A stretch of DNA of 64,000 nt from Gemmatimonadota bacterium. GTDB lineage: Bacteria > Gemmatimonadota > Gemmatimonadetes > Gemmatimonadales > Gemmatimonadaceae. How positions within the stretch are numbered: position 1 is the first letter of the stretch; each line of letters begins with the position of its first letter. The notes beneath the pieces are model-generated. The model did no database searches. It was not told the DNA's origin and worked only from the letters and a program-made list of their open reading frames with translations. Made by a program: the position numbers and the translations under genes. Below, piece after piece: positions 1 to 9,632 of the stretch. The stretch spans positions 415,492-479,491 of the forward strand of contig JAZJZK010000007.1 of NCBI GenBank assembly GCA_040389905.1, given 5' to 3'.

Positions 1-41
1 AAACTAGTGGAACCGGGCGGACGTCGTCCCTGTCCCCTGTC

Positions 42-995
42 TCAGTCGAACAGCGACGACACCGACTGCTCCGCATGCGTGTACCGAATCGCCTTGCTGA
101 GCAATTCACCCACCGACAGTATCGTCAGCCGCTCGAAACGCCGCTCCGGTGGCAGCAGGATCGTATCCGTGACGGCAACTTCCTTGATCGGTGCGTCCAT
201 GAGTCGCTGCACCGCCGGGCCGCTGAAGAGGGCATGCGTCGCGCACGCATAGATGTCTCGCGCGCCGAGCCGCTTCAAGGCGTGCGCCGCCTCGCTGATC
301 GTGCCTGCCGTGTCGATCATGTCGTCAGCGAGAATACAGTCACGTCCGTCCACTTCGCCGACGACATTGACCACTTCGCTGACATTCGGGGCCGGCCGCC
401 GCTTGTCGATGATCGCCAGCGAGGCGTTGAGCCGCTTGGCGAAACCGCGCGCCATCTTGGCCGACCCGACGTCCGGAGCCACCACAACGGTATCCTTCAG
501 CTGTTTCTTCCTGAAGTGCGACGACAAGACCGGCATGGCGTACAGATGATCGACGGGAATGTCGAAAAAGCCCTGCAGCTGGTGCTGGTGAAAGTCGATG
601 CCCAGTACCCGGTCGGCACCGGCACCCACGATCATGTTGGCCATGAGCTTCGCGCCGATCGCCACGCGCGGCTGGTCCTTTCGGTCCTGCCGTGCGTAGC
701 CGTAATAGGGCATCACGACCGTGACGCGCGCCGCACTCGCCCGCTTCGCCGCATCGATCAGGAGCATCAGCTCCATGATGTTTTCTGCGGGGGCATTGGT
801 GCTCTGGACGATGAAGACATCGTTACCGCGAACGTTTTCATCGATTCGAACGAAGATCTCCCCGTCCGCAAACCGCGTGCAGGTGAGCTTGCACAGTTCC
901 ACACCCAAGTGCTTCGAGATCTCTTCCGCCAACGGGCGGTTGCCGAGCCCCGACAACAGCTTGAACCCGTGCGAGGGTACGGCGAGCCCGTCCAT
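42..995 (-). CDS. prs: Ribose-phosphate pyrophosphokinase
   Basis: 317 aa with FADGE, PYYGYARQDRK, VVAPDVG and DDMIDTAGT PRPP-synthetase motifs. Confidence 0.97.
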   Translation of the reverse strand: MDGLAVPSHGFKLLSGLGNRPLAEEISKHLGVELCKLTCTRFADGEIFVRIDENVRGNDVFIVQSTNAPAENIMELMLLIDAAKRASAARVTVVMPYYGYARQDRKDQPRVAIGAKLMANMIVGAGADRVLGIDFHQHQLQGFFDIPVDHLYAMPVLSSHFRKKQLKDTVVVAPDVGSAKMARGFAKRLNASLAIIDKRRPAPNVSEVVNVVGEVDGRDCILADDMIDTAGTISEAAHALKRLGARDIYACATHALFSGPAVQRLMDAPIKEVAVTDTILLPPERRFERLTILSVGELLSKAIRYTHAEQSVSSLFD

Positions 996-1054
996 TCGAA
1001 GCCTTGGTATCGAGTTGGTTCAGCGGCGAATCGTTCGCCCGATTGCCGCTTCAG

Positions 1055-1125
1055 TTCCCCCGCGTGGATTCGAACCACGATTCGCGGCTCCAAAGGCCGC
1101 TGTCCTGCCATTGGACGACAGGGGA
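1055..1125 (-). tRNA. tRNA-Gln (anticodon TTG), no encoded CCA
   Basis: Minus strand reads TCCCCTGTCGTCCAATGGCAGGACAGCGGC-CT-TTG-GA-GCCGCGAATCGTGGTTCGAATCCACGCGGGGGAA. Acceptor, anticodon and T arms pair. It sits in the usual position upstream of prs. Confidence 0.95.
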
Positions 1126-1187
1126 TCGTCTGGACAAAAACCTAACCACCCCGACTGGGTGGGGAAAGCGTGAAATCACCACGCTCA

Positions 1188-3899
1188 TCATCCAATGTAC
1201 GAGCACACCAGCGATCGGCCGGCGGGCGTGAAGCGACCAAGGATGCCGATGCGTCCTTCTTCGAAGGTCGCCGGGTCATTGATGTTCTCGAGTGTGAGGC
1301 GCGCCGTCCGCGTCCATTCGTCACTGCGGTCCACATCCGCCAGCCGCGTGGCCGCACGCTCCAGCGCGGCCCTTCGCTTCGGAGACACGCCACCGTGAAT
1401 CTCCGCGCCATTCCAGCATGCTCCGCGAGCAATCGCCCGGACCACGATCCAGCGCTCACTCGGAAGCAAACGCCTGTCCCCGGCGAGCCCGACAAGCGTG
1501 GTGTCGGCCGGTGACGCGCCGACGCGGCTCGCGGATGACTCTGTGACCAGTGATCGAACTACCTCATGCGCCACGATCGCCTCTTTGATCGAGCGCGCCT
1601 CCAGTTCCAGCTCGGGGAGCCCCCGCACCCGGCCGATCTCTGCCAGTGCGTGCGCGCCCGTCTGGACAATGCCGACGCCATACATGTACGAGACAGGAAC
1701 CGGATCCCCCATGAGCAGCCACCCCATGGCGAGGGTTTCACGCACGCGAGCGACAGCCATCTCGCCAGCGCCGCTGCTCAGCGCGAGCAAGGCCGCGGCG
1801 ATGTTCTCGTCCGCGAGAATCGTGAGTGAACGAAGCGCGGCCGCCGATTTGGACGGATTGTCTCTGAGCGCCGCTCGAGGCTCGAGATACCACGCCGTCG
1901 GAAGGCTGGCTGAGCGAGCCACTGACCGGAACTGAGGGAGCGCGGAGTCGGCGGCAAAGCGCGTGAGCGCCTCGCGAAGGGAGTCCGTGACAGGTGAGGG
2001 AAGTGTCGCGAATGCGCGGCCGATCAGGCTCCTGTCAGGAGGGATTGTCCGTCTCGCAGACCGGAGGGCTCGAATCTGGTCTGCGGTCGCGGCGACGCCA
2101 CGAACGAGATGCTGCCGCACCACGGAATCTGCCCGCGCCACTCGCCGCATCCCAGCATCCGTCGATTGGACCCAGCTCCGACGTTGCTGCGGCGTGAGCG
2201 GAGGCAAATTCCGAAAGTCCAGAAACATGCCGGTGAGAAACCCTGTGAACACCGTCATCACGCCGAGCAGCATGGCTGCGGACGCGAGCCACTCCACCGA
2301 CAAGAGCCGACGTCTCGCCAGCTCTGGACTGTCCGCTGGCGGCGAAACACCCACGCTCAGGAGCCAACCGCTCACGAGTTCCTGGGGCACGTGCGGGCGG
2401 CGCAGGTCACGAATTCGCCGCCGAGGCGCGCTGGCCAGGCGTGCCGCACGCTCACGGTATTCGATGACGAAGGCGACGAGCCAACCGAGGCACGCGGGTG
2501 CGAGAATCGCGGCGACATCCGCCGCACCCACGAGCCCCTCCGAGAACTCACCCTGGGAATGCAGCTTTCCGAACGCCCAAAGCGCGCCAAGGCACAGCGC
2601 CAGCGCCGATCCCACTCCGGCGATGGCGGCCGCTCGGCGCCGATTCGTCAACCACCGCTGGGCCATGGTTGGGGCGATCGCCGCAAAGCGTCCCATGCCG
2701 TTGAGCAGGTACACCGTGTCCGGGTAGGGATCGAGCAACACGTCGACCGCAACGCGCACCGGATAGCCGGAGCCGCGCGCCCAGCGGAGATGGTTGGCGG
2801 CAACACCAAACGCGATGCCCGCAGCGCAGACCAGCCCGACGGACAGCAGCGCTACCACGAATCCCGCCAACAGCCACGCCAGGTTGCCAGGCGTGCTCGC
2901 CCCGACGACGAACAGCAGGACGCCGAGTCCGATGACCATTGCCGTCAGCCAACGTACGGCAGCCACACCCGCGCCACGCATCGGCTCGAGGCCCGGCGGC
3001 GGCCACTCGATCACCTGTGCCGCCACGGAGCACGCCCGCGCAACCTCGGCCGCGGCCGGGCGGTGGGCTGGGTCCTTCGTCAACATCCGATCGATGAGCC
3101 GCGCGAAATCGGCGTCGAGATCCGGGCGAAGCGCTCCGATGGCCGGCGCCGCGTCCTTGATGTGTGCGGCGATCACGGCAACGACTGACGCGCTCTTGAA
3201 GAGCTCTCGGCCGGCGAGTAGCTCGAAGGCGACGACGCCCAGCGAATAGACGTCGGTGCGATCGGTGACCGTGTCGCCAGACGCCTGCTCCGGACTCATG
3301 TACTCAGGCGTGCCCAGCGAGATCCCCTGTCCCGTCAATCGCTCGCTCGGCATGGTACCGGGGACGGCGGCCGCACTGATTCCGAAGTCGAGTACGACAA
3401 CCCGCTCCGTACCACCTTCGAGCATGATGTTGCTCGGTTTGATATCGCGGTGGATGAGGTCTCGTGCATGCGCGGCGGCGAGCGCCGACGCAATTTCACC
3501 GACGATCCGCCGACAGCGGGCTTGCGGAACCTTCGTTCCGATCGGGCATGCCTGCGCGAGCGTCGGGCCGTCCACGTACTGCATGACGAAATAGCTCGTT
3601 CCCGAATTCGGCAGCTCGCCGACGCGGAACACGCTCACCACATTCGGATGGGAGATGGACGCCGCGGCCTCCGCTTCGCGCGCGAAGCGCGCCCGTGCCA
3701 CCGCGTCGTTCGCGCGGTCGGGTGCAAGCACCTTGATGACGACTTCGCGCTTGAGCGCCGGGTCACGGCCAACGAAGACCGCTCCCATTCCGCCTCGCCC
3801 AAGCAACCGCAGGGACTGGATCCCCGGCGCAAGCTCGGCCTCGAGCTCGCGCTGGATGGGAAGAAGGTCGGTTTGTCCGGACAGCCGCGGTGCTTGCAT
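1188..3899 (-). CDS. Membrane-anchored Hanks-type Ser/Thr protein kinase with an unrecognised C-terminal region
   Basis: LGRGGMGAV, VIK, HRDIKPSN, DFG, GTPEYMSPE and DVYSLG motifs, followed by several hydrophobic segments. Confidence 0.92.
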   Translation of the reverse strand: MQAPRLSGQTDLLPIQRELEAELAPGIQSLRLLGRGGMGAVFVGRDPALKREVVIKVLAPDRANDAVARARFAREAEAAASISHPNVVSVFRVGELPNSGTSYFVMQYVDGPTLAQACPIGTKVPQARCRRIVGEIASALAAAHARDLIHRDIKPSNIMLEGGTERVVVLDFGISAAAVPGTMPSERLTGQGISLGTPEYMSPEQASGDTVTDRTDVYSLGVVAFELLAGRELFKSASVVAVIAAHIKDAAPAIGALRPDLDADFARLIDRMLTKDPAHRPAAAEVARACSVAAQVIEWPPPGLEPMRGAGVAAVRWLTAMVIGLGVLLFVVGASTPGNLAWLLAGFVVALLSVGLVCAAGIAFGVAANHLRWARGSGYPVRVAVDVLLDPYPDTVYLLNGMGRFAAIAPTMAQRWLTNRRRAAAIAGVGSALALCLGALWAFGKLHSQGEFSEGLVGAADVAAILAPACLGWLVAFVIEYRERAARLASAPRRRIRDLRRPHVPQELVSGWLLSVGVSPPADSPELARRRLLSVEWLASAAMLLGVMTVFTGFLTGMFLDFRNLPPLTPQQRRSWVQSTDAGMRRVARADSVVRQHLVRGVAATADQIRALRSARRTIPPDRSLIGRAFATLPSPVTDSLREALTRFAADSALPQFRSVARSASLPTAWYLEPRAALRDNPSKSAAALRSLTILADENIAAALLALSSGAGEMAVARVRETLAMGWLLMGDPVPVSYMYGVGIVQTGAHALAEIGRVRGLPELELEARSIKEAIVAHEVVRSLVTESSASRVGASPADTTLVGLAGDRRLLPSERWIVVRAIARGACWNGAEIHGGVSPKRRAALERAATRLADVDRSDEWTRTARLTLENINDPATFEEGRIGILGRFTPAGRSLVCSYIG

Positions 3900-3921
3900 T
3901 GTCGCGTGCGGACGGAGGGAA

Positions 3922-4845
3922 CTACGAAGCGATCATGCGAACAGGTGCCACATTGGTTGCGGTGCGAGTGCGGATGACACGCGTCGTCTCGCCGACGTGG
4001 GAGAGATGACCGAGATCGTCCGCACTGATGCCGAAGACCGTCGAACCGGAGCCGCTCATCATGGCGATCGCGAATCCGGCGCCATGGAGCGAGTCGATCA
4101 GTGCACCGATCGTCGGATATCGTGCGGACACGACGTCCTCGAATTCGTTGACGCCGATGCGCGCAATATGCTCCCAGTCCGACAGGTGATCGACTTCGAG
4201 CGCGACGGCTGTCGGACGGGGGCTGGCGCTCGCCCGAGATGCCGCCAGCCAGGAATATGCCTCGGCGGTGTTCACGGAAATAGACGGTACCAACAGCGCA
4301 ACGTTGCGGACCGGAGGCGGCGTGAGCGAGAGCATGCGCTCGCCGCGGCCCCAGGCGAGTGCGTACGTCATCTCGCTCGCAAGAAACGGCACATCCGACC
4401 CGAGGGCGGCCGCAACGTCATGCAGCGCCGCCGGGCCAATGGGCGCATCCGCCATCGCATCGAGCGCGCGGAGCACAGCGCCGGCGTCGGCACTCCCTCC
4501 GCCCATTCCGCCACCGATTGGAATACGCTTCTCGATTTCTATCGCCACACCGCCGCGCATTCCGCTCGCGACCGCATACGCCCGCGCCGCGCGCAGTGCC
4601 AGATTCTGTTCTGGCGGGCCGACCAACGCGAGATCGACATCACCAGTGACGTCGACCGTGAAGGCGCCCGTCGTGCAGCGAAGGCGAAGCGTATCTGCGA
4701 GCTCCACGCGCAGGAATAGCGTCTCGAGCTGGTGAAAGCCGGTTGTCTCGCGCGCGAGAATCTGCAACCGAAGGTTCAGCTTGGCCTGCGCGTCGACCTC
4801 GACGGCCAGTGCCCCCCGCAGCGACCGCTCCGCGTGGAAACTCAC
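3922..4845 (-). CDS. ispE: 4-diphosphocytidyl-2-C-methyl-D-erythritol kinase
   Basis: AKLNLRL, EKRIPIGGGMGGGSADA, LGSDVPF and MSGSGSTVF motifs. Start placed at GTG 4845, which overlaps the upstream stop (GTGA). Confidence 0.93.
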   Translation of the reverse strand: MSFHAERSLRGALAVEVDAQAKLNLRLQILARETTGFHQLETLFLRVELADTLRLRCTTGAFTVDVTGDVDLALVGPPEQNLALRAARAYAVASGMRGGVAIEIEKRIPIGGGMGGGSADAGAVLRALDAMADAPIGPAALHDVAAALGSDVPFLASEMTYALAWGRGERMLSLTPPPVRNVALLVPSISVNTAEAYSWLAASRASASPRPTAVALEVDHLSDWEHIARIGVNEFEDVVSARYPTIGALIDSLHGAGFAIAMMSGSGSTVFGISADDLGHLSHVGETTRVIRTRTATNVAPVRMIAS

Positions 4846-5873
4846 CGGTCGCCAGGGTCCGGATGCGCGTTGCGGTCCGCCGTCTCGATCTCTCCCAGCG
4901 TGAGTCCCGTGCGGAAGAAATACCACGCGCCGATCACCGTGATGGGAAGAAAGGACAGAAAATGAAAACCGATCGCCCAGGTGGCGGCCGAATCCGGCGA
5001 CACGCCATAGAGCCCGAGGCCCTCCTTTCCGAAGTATTCGAACACGCCGAAAAAGCCCGGTGCCTGCGGTGCCGCCACGCCAATCGCGATGATGCCTTGC
5101 AGGAAGAGGGCGGCACTATATGGGGCGTCGATATGAACCGCCTTGAACGCGATCCAGAAGGCCAAGCCGTTCGTAAGCCAGTGAAGAAGCGTCCACCCGA
5201 AGACCGAACCGAAGCGGCTCGGCGAGCGGAGCACGCTCAGGCCCTGCGTCAGGGAGATGAGCGCTGCACGTCCCTTCTCCTCGAGCTTGGGCACGAGACG
5301 GCGGGCAACAAGCTCGTAGAGCGCCAGCACGCGACCGGGGAAGAGCACCAGTGCGTACATCGCGACAACGACGCCGCCAATGAACAACAAGCCGCCGAGT
5401 GCGATGCTGGACATGCTGCGCCCGAAGACGTGTGCGCCGGGAGGAAACGCGGGATCGAGCATGGCGCCGAACATGAGCATGAACACGACGACCGCGTCGA
5501 ACAACCGATCCACCGCCAGCGATGCGAAGGCCGCCGGAAACGGTACCGCCGGCGTCGTCCGGGAGAGTGCAAAGGCGCGCGCGAATTCTCCCGCACGGGC
5601 CGGCGTGACGTTGTTGAGCATCATCCCGATTGCCGTCGGGCGCCACAGTGTGCCGAAGGGAAGGTCTGGCGCGATCGGATCGAGAATTGGGCGCCAGCGC
5701 CGAGCGCGGAGGGGAAAGATGAGCGTCGCCATGACCGCAGACAGCATGAGCAGGCCGAGATTGGCCTGCCGGAGGTGCTCCATCACGCTGCGAAGTGGTA
5801 TGTCCTTGAACGCGAGATACAGGAACCCGCCGCTCAGGACGAAGCCGAGGAGGCTTCGCCAACTCGCTTTCAT
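4842..5873 (-). CDS. Lysylphosphatidylglycerol-synthase-TM / flippase-like membrane protein
   Basis: Polytopic; RARRWR, NNVTPARAGEFAR, DRLFD and PQAPGFFGVFE signatures. Confidence 0.85.
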   Translation of the reverse strand: MKASWRSLLGFVLSGGFLYLAFKDIPLRSVMEHLRQANLGLLMLSAVMATLIFPLRARRWRPILDPIAPDLPFGTLWRPTAIGMMLNNVTPARAGEFARAFALSRTTPAVPFPAAFASLAVDRLFDAVVVFMLMFGAMLDPAFPPGAHVFGRSMSSIALGGLLFIGGVVVAMYALVLFPGRVLALYELVARRLVPKLEEKGRAALISLTQGLSVLRSPSRFGSVFGWTLLHWLTNGLAFWIAFKAVHIDAPYSAALFLQGIIAIGVAAPQAPGFFGVFEYFGKEGLGLYGVSPDSAATWAIGFHFLSFLPITVIGAWYFFRTGLTLGEIETADRNAHPDPGDR

Positions 5874-5882
5874 TGCGCCACG

Positions 5883-7385
5883 TCAGTCGGTGAGCGCGAG
5901 GTCGAGGAGGTCGAACAACTCAGCGAGTGCGTCGTCATCCAGCCGCGCGCCCCCACGTTTCGCTTCGTTCTTGATCTCAACCGCGCGCTTCACCGCCGCC
6001 TTACCGCGATACAGCAATACGTCGATGGGCACCGGCGGCTGCTCGGCGATGGCCCGCGGCGTACTGAGTGGCGTCACATGCAAACCGCCGAGGCTGGAAA
6101 TACCGGCGTCGAGCAACGCTCCAAGCTTCGACGGCGGCGTGGCGGACTCCTTCACCGTTGCCGCAAAGTCTGCGCTGGCCGGCTCGGCAGCGGCCTGATG
6201 GAAACCACTGAGTCGGGTCGCGAGCGTCAAGCTCGACGATGGCTGGGCCAGCACCGCCGCCATCTGATCGAGTTTCTTCAACGCTTCCGCGTCGAATTGG
6301 GCTGCGGGCTCATTGTGCCGCGCGACAAATGACGCGATGTCATGCTCGCCGAAGCTGTCCGCCGCGAGCTGAATTCCACGGAGCGCCTGTCGAAGCGCGC
6401 GTCGAACGCGCTCGCGCGTGAGCTCACCCTGCGCCGCCCGCGCGTCCGCAACGAGCCGGCGAAGGTGCTCGCCCTGACTCACCGCCTCGAGGCGGAAACG
6501 TTCGGAGGGGGTCGTCGGCGGGTTGGATGCTGCTCTGACGATGGTTTCTCCACCGTCGCCGTAGAACAGCTCGGCAATGGGCACGATGCGTTCGACGCCA
6601 GACTCGCGGACCTGAAGTGCATCCACCGTTGTCGCGAAATGCGCGAGTTCTGCGGCCGGAACACTACCATTTCCGCCGTCGCGAATGGTGCTCGCGAAGG
6701 CGCGGAGCGCGGCCGAAGCGGAAGCCAGCAGCGCGATGCGCTCCCGGCTCAGCGTCGATTCGCCGAGTTCCAGCGGTTGTGCGGCTTCCTCGGATGCCTC
6801 GAGAATGTCCGACAAGCCCGCGTAGTCCTTGACCGTGGCAAGCCCACGTAACGCCCGCACGCGGCGCAGCACGTTCGCTGCCGCGTCCCGATCGGCGGGG
6901 CGAGTGGCAAGCAACTCCAGACCTGCGCCAATGTTCGAGGCCTCGGTGGCCAGGAAGGCATCGTGGCTTTGCGTCGTGGGCGACGCGAGTGGTGTGGCGC
7001 CGCGAACGGGCACAATGGTGGCGAGTTCGTTGATTCGCGCGCGGGCGCGGGTTTCTTCCGCCGGGCCCCACGCGCGGACGCCGCGCAGGAGCACCTTGGA
7101 ATCGTCGACGGCAGCGACGACGACGCCCTTGAGCGCCGGGCCCCAGTGGAGGGTGCCATCGCGCAACCCGCGTCCCACGCGCTCGATCCCTGCGGCGATC
7201 TCGGCGAACGAGGCCAGCTTGGCCATCGTCGCAGACCCGCGCAACGCGCGCGCCACGCGCTGCATCTCCTCGGCGTTCGGGCCGGTTGCGCCTCCGGCGA
7301 GCAGCAGCGCGTCGAGTTGTTCGACGTAATCGCTGCCTTCGAGGACGAAGAAGTCGAGAAACCCGACCGGGGCCGGAACCGTCAT
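5883..7385 (-). CDS. Hpt-like helical-bundle protein (phosphoacceptor His apparently absent)
   Basis: N-terminus FFVLEGSDYVEQLD...ARALRGSATMA resembles the CheA P1/Hpt HxLKGSA motif; a similar RALRGLA occurs downstream. Confidence 0.7.
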   Translation of the reverse strand: MTVPAPVGFLDFFVLEGSDYVEQLDALLLAGGATGPNAEEMQRVARALRGSATMAKLASFAEIAAGIERVGRGLRDGTLHWGPALKGVVVAAVDDSKVLLRGVRAWGPAEETRARARINELATIVPVRGATPLASPTTQSHDAFLATEASNIGAGLELLATRPADRDAAANVLRRVRALRGLATVKDYAGLSDILEASEEAAQPLELGESTLSRERIALLASASAALRAFASTIRDGGNGSVPAAELAHFATTVDALQVRESGVERIVPIAELFYGDGGETIVRAASNPPTTPSERFRLEAVSQGEHLRRLVADARAAQGELTRERVRRALRQALRGIQLAADSFGEHDIASFVARHNEPAAQFDAEALKKLDQMAAVLAQPSSSLTLATRLSGFHQAAAEPASADFAATVKESATPPSKLGALLDAGISSLGGLHVTPLSTPRAIAEQPPVPIDVLLYRGKAAVKRAVEIKNEAKRGGARLDDDALAELFDLLDLALTD

Positions 7386-7435
7386 GCCCGCTCCACGCTG
7401 GTGAGCCGCTACACCGCTACAGAAGAGTATCGAAG

Positions 7436-8170
7436 TTAGAGGAGGGCGCGCGCGGCGTCCATCGCTGACCGGAGCTCGCGGATGGCGGTATCGAGCCCCA
7501 CGAACACCGCGCGGGACACGACGTGGTGCCCGATGTTGAGCTCTTCGATTTCCGGAATGGCCGCAACGAGCCCGACATTGGACGTGGTAAGCCCGTGTCC
7601 CGCATGCACGGCAAGCCCGAGCGCGGCGCCGAGTGCGGCGCCCTTGCGCAAGGCGTCGATGGTCGCCGGGTCGCTCGTGTGATGCGCGTATCGCCCGGTG
7701 TGTAGCTCGACGGCGTCGGCACCAAGGTCGCGAGAGCGGGTAATACTGTCCGGGTCCGCGTCGATGAAGAGGCTGGCGCGGACGCCGGCATCCTTGAGCC
7801 GTTGAATCGACTCGCGGAGGCGGACGGGGTCGGCGGCAACGTCGAGTCCACCTTCGGTCGTGACTTCCTCGCGCCGTTCGGGCACGATCGTCGCTTCGTG
7901 GGGGCGCAGTCGCTCGGCCAGCGTGATCATTTCTGCGGTGCCCGCGATTTCGAGGTTGAATTTTGTCGTCACAGCGGCAGCAATCGCATCGATGTCGGCG
8001 TCCTGCATGTGGCGCCGGTCTTCACGAAGGTGTGCGGTGATCCCATCCGCGCCTGCCTGTTCGCAGAGGCCGACGGCGTCGACGGGGACCGGTTCGTGGC
8101 CTCGGCGCGCCTGACGGATCGTCGCGATGTGATCGATGTTGATGAGGAGGCGCTGCCGGGGGATCGTCAT
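7436..8170 (-). CDS. pdxJ: Pyridoxine 5'-phosphate synthase
   Basis: NIDHIATIRQAR, GITAHLREDRRH, TTEGGLD, VELHTG, AGHGL and ELNIGH motifs; start at ATG 8170. Confidence 0.96.
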   Translation of the reverse strand: MTIPRQRLLINIDHIATIRQARRGHEPVPVDAVGLCEQAGADGITAHLREDRRHMQDADIDAIAAAVTTKFNLEIAGTAEMITLAERLRPHEATIVPERREEVTTEGGLDVAADPVRLRESIQRLKDAGVRASLFIDADPDSITRSRDLGADAVELHTGRYAHHTSDPATIDALRKGAALGAALGLAVHAGHGLTTSNVGLVAAIPEIEELNIGHHVVSRAVFVGLDTAIRELRSAMDAARALL

Positions 8171-8247
8171 GAGCAGGTTGCTGGTTGAAAGGTTGCCCGC
8201 AAAAGGCGCCACGCGTTAGCTTCGCACCACTACCGAGGAGATGACGA

Positions 8248-8715
8248 GTGAGAAAGCTACTGCTGTCAGGTCTGCTGCTCGCCGCCGCATGCAAATCGAC
8301 GACGACGATCGTGCCTGCTCCGGCACCCGAGCCAGCGCCCGGGGTCGTGACCTCCCCCGCGTATATCGGGCCGCGACCGGCGGTCGATGCCTTTCTCGCC
8401 GCAGTGAAGGCGCAAGATATTCAAGCACTTTCCGGTGCGTGGGGAGACAAGGAAGGTCCCGTGCGCGACAGCAAGAAAGTATCTCGTGCCGACATGGAGA
8501 TGCGAGCGCTCGTCATCCTGCGCTGCCTCCGGCACGAACGATGGCGTGTCGTTGCGGAGGCTCCCTCGATCGATGGCGAGCGGGTCTTTCAAATCGAGCT
8601 CGTGCGGGGAACTCAGAAAGGCGTCACGGACTTCTTCACAGCACAGGCGTCTGACCGGTGGTACGTTCGAACCGTCAACCTCGACGTCCTCAAGGAGTAC
8701 TGCTCAGCCAAATAG
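8248..8715 (+). CDS. Hypothetical lipoprotein
   Basis: Signal with lipobox (LLLAAAC), Pro-rich linker and a compact domain; GAGGAG Shine-Dalgarno-like sequence upstream. Confidence 0.75.
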   Translation: MRKLLLSGLLLAAACKSTTTIVPAPAPEPAPGVVTSPAYIGPRPAVDAFLAAVKAQDIQALSGAWGDKEGPVRDSKKVSRADMEMRALVILRCLRHERWRVVAEAPSIDGERVFQIELVRGTQKGVTDFFTAQASDRWYVRTVNLDVLKEYCSAK

Positions 8716-8716
8716 A

Positions 8717-9127
8717 CTAGAATTCGCTGAGTTCGATCAGCACGCCACCGGTGGCGGAGGGATGCAGAAATGCGATGCGTTTACCTTCCGCGCCGATGCG
8801 AGGAGTTTCGTCAATGAGCCGGACGCCGGCTGCCTTGCAGCGCGCAAGGGTGCCGTCAAGATCATCGACTGCGAAACAGATATGATGGATTCCAGCGCCG
8901 CGTTTGGCGACGAACTTGCCGATGGGGGAGTCGGTGGACGCGGCTTCGAGGAGCTCGACGAGCGATTCTCCCGCCTGTAGCCCGGCGATGCGCGCACCAT
9001 CGGCGTCGTCAAGCGGCACTTCGGGCAGGCCGAGGAGGTCGCGATAGAAGGGCAGGATTTCACCGAGCGCCGGCACAGCGATGCCGATGTGGGCGATTCG
9101 GGTTGGACGTGGTGAAGCGTCGGTCAT
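8717..9127 (-). CDS. mce: Methylmalonyl-CoA epimerase (VOC family)
   Basis: HIGIAV, VELLE, SPIGKF, GIHHICF, FLHP and GGVLIEL motifs; start at ATG 9127. Confidence 0.9.
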   Translation of the reverse strand: MTDASPRPTRIAHIGIAVPALGEILPFYRDLLGLPEVPLDDADGARIAGLQAGESLVELLEAASTDSPIGKFVAKRGAGIHHICFAVDDLDGTLARCKAAGVRLIDETPRIGAEGKRIAFLHPSATGGVLIELSEF

Positions 9128-9213
9128 TGGAAGTGCGCTGAGTGATGAAGTCGCTCGTCGCTGAATACTAATTTCTGGAGGCGGCACGTGACGGCCGCCG
9201 GGAGACGTGAGGG

Positions 9214-9543
9214 ATGTCGAATGCGCAGGCGGTGACGGACGCTGACTTCGAGGGGCAGGTCGAGCAGAACCCCGGGCTCACCGTGGTTGACTTCTGGGCG
9301 ACGTGGTGCGGTCCCTGCCGCATGATCGCGCCCATCCTCGATCAGCTGGCCGTGGAGTACGCCGGGCAGGGCGTGACGGTCACCAAGCTCGACGTCGACG
9401 CCAATATCAAGACGGCGACGCGCTTCAACGTCCGGTCGATTCCGATGCTGCTGTTTTTCAAGGACGGGAAGGTCGTCGACCAGATCGTGGGCGCGGTTCC
9501 GCGGCAGGCAATCGAAGCCAAGCTCAAGCAGCACGTCGCGTGA
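9214..9543 (+). CDS. trxA: Thioredoxin
   Basis: 109 aa; VVDFWATWCGPC and cis-Pro SIP. Confidence 0.96.
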   Translation: MSNAQAVTDADFEGQVEQNPGLTVVDFWATWCGPCRMIAPILDQLAVEYAGQGVTVTKLDVDANIKTATRFNVRSIPMLLFFKDGKVVDQIVGAVPRQAIEAKLKQHVA

Positions 9544-9587
9544 TCGGCTGAATCGCCGTTGCACCGTGGCTGGTCGCGGCGCACATT

Positions 9588-9626
9588 AGGGCCGTAACGA
9601 CTCGACGTCGCTACGGCCCTTTTTTC
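9588..9626 (+). terminator. Rho-independent terminator after trxA
   Basis: Stem AGGGCCGTA/TACGGCCCT followed by a T-tract. Confidence 0.7.
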
Positions 9627-9632
9627 TTCCTG

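Noticed and set aside
1022..1050. Hairpin between tRNA-Gln and prs (also small hairpins near 36052-36070 and 47824-47860)
   Set aside because: Short stems without clear U-tracts; function cannot be supported from sequence alone.
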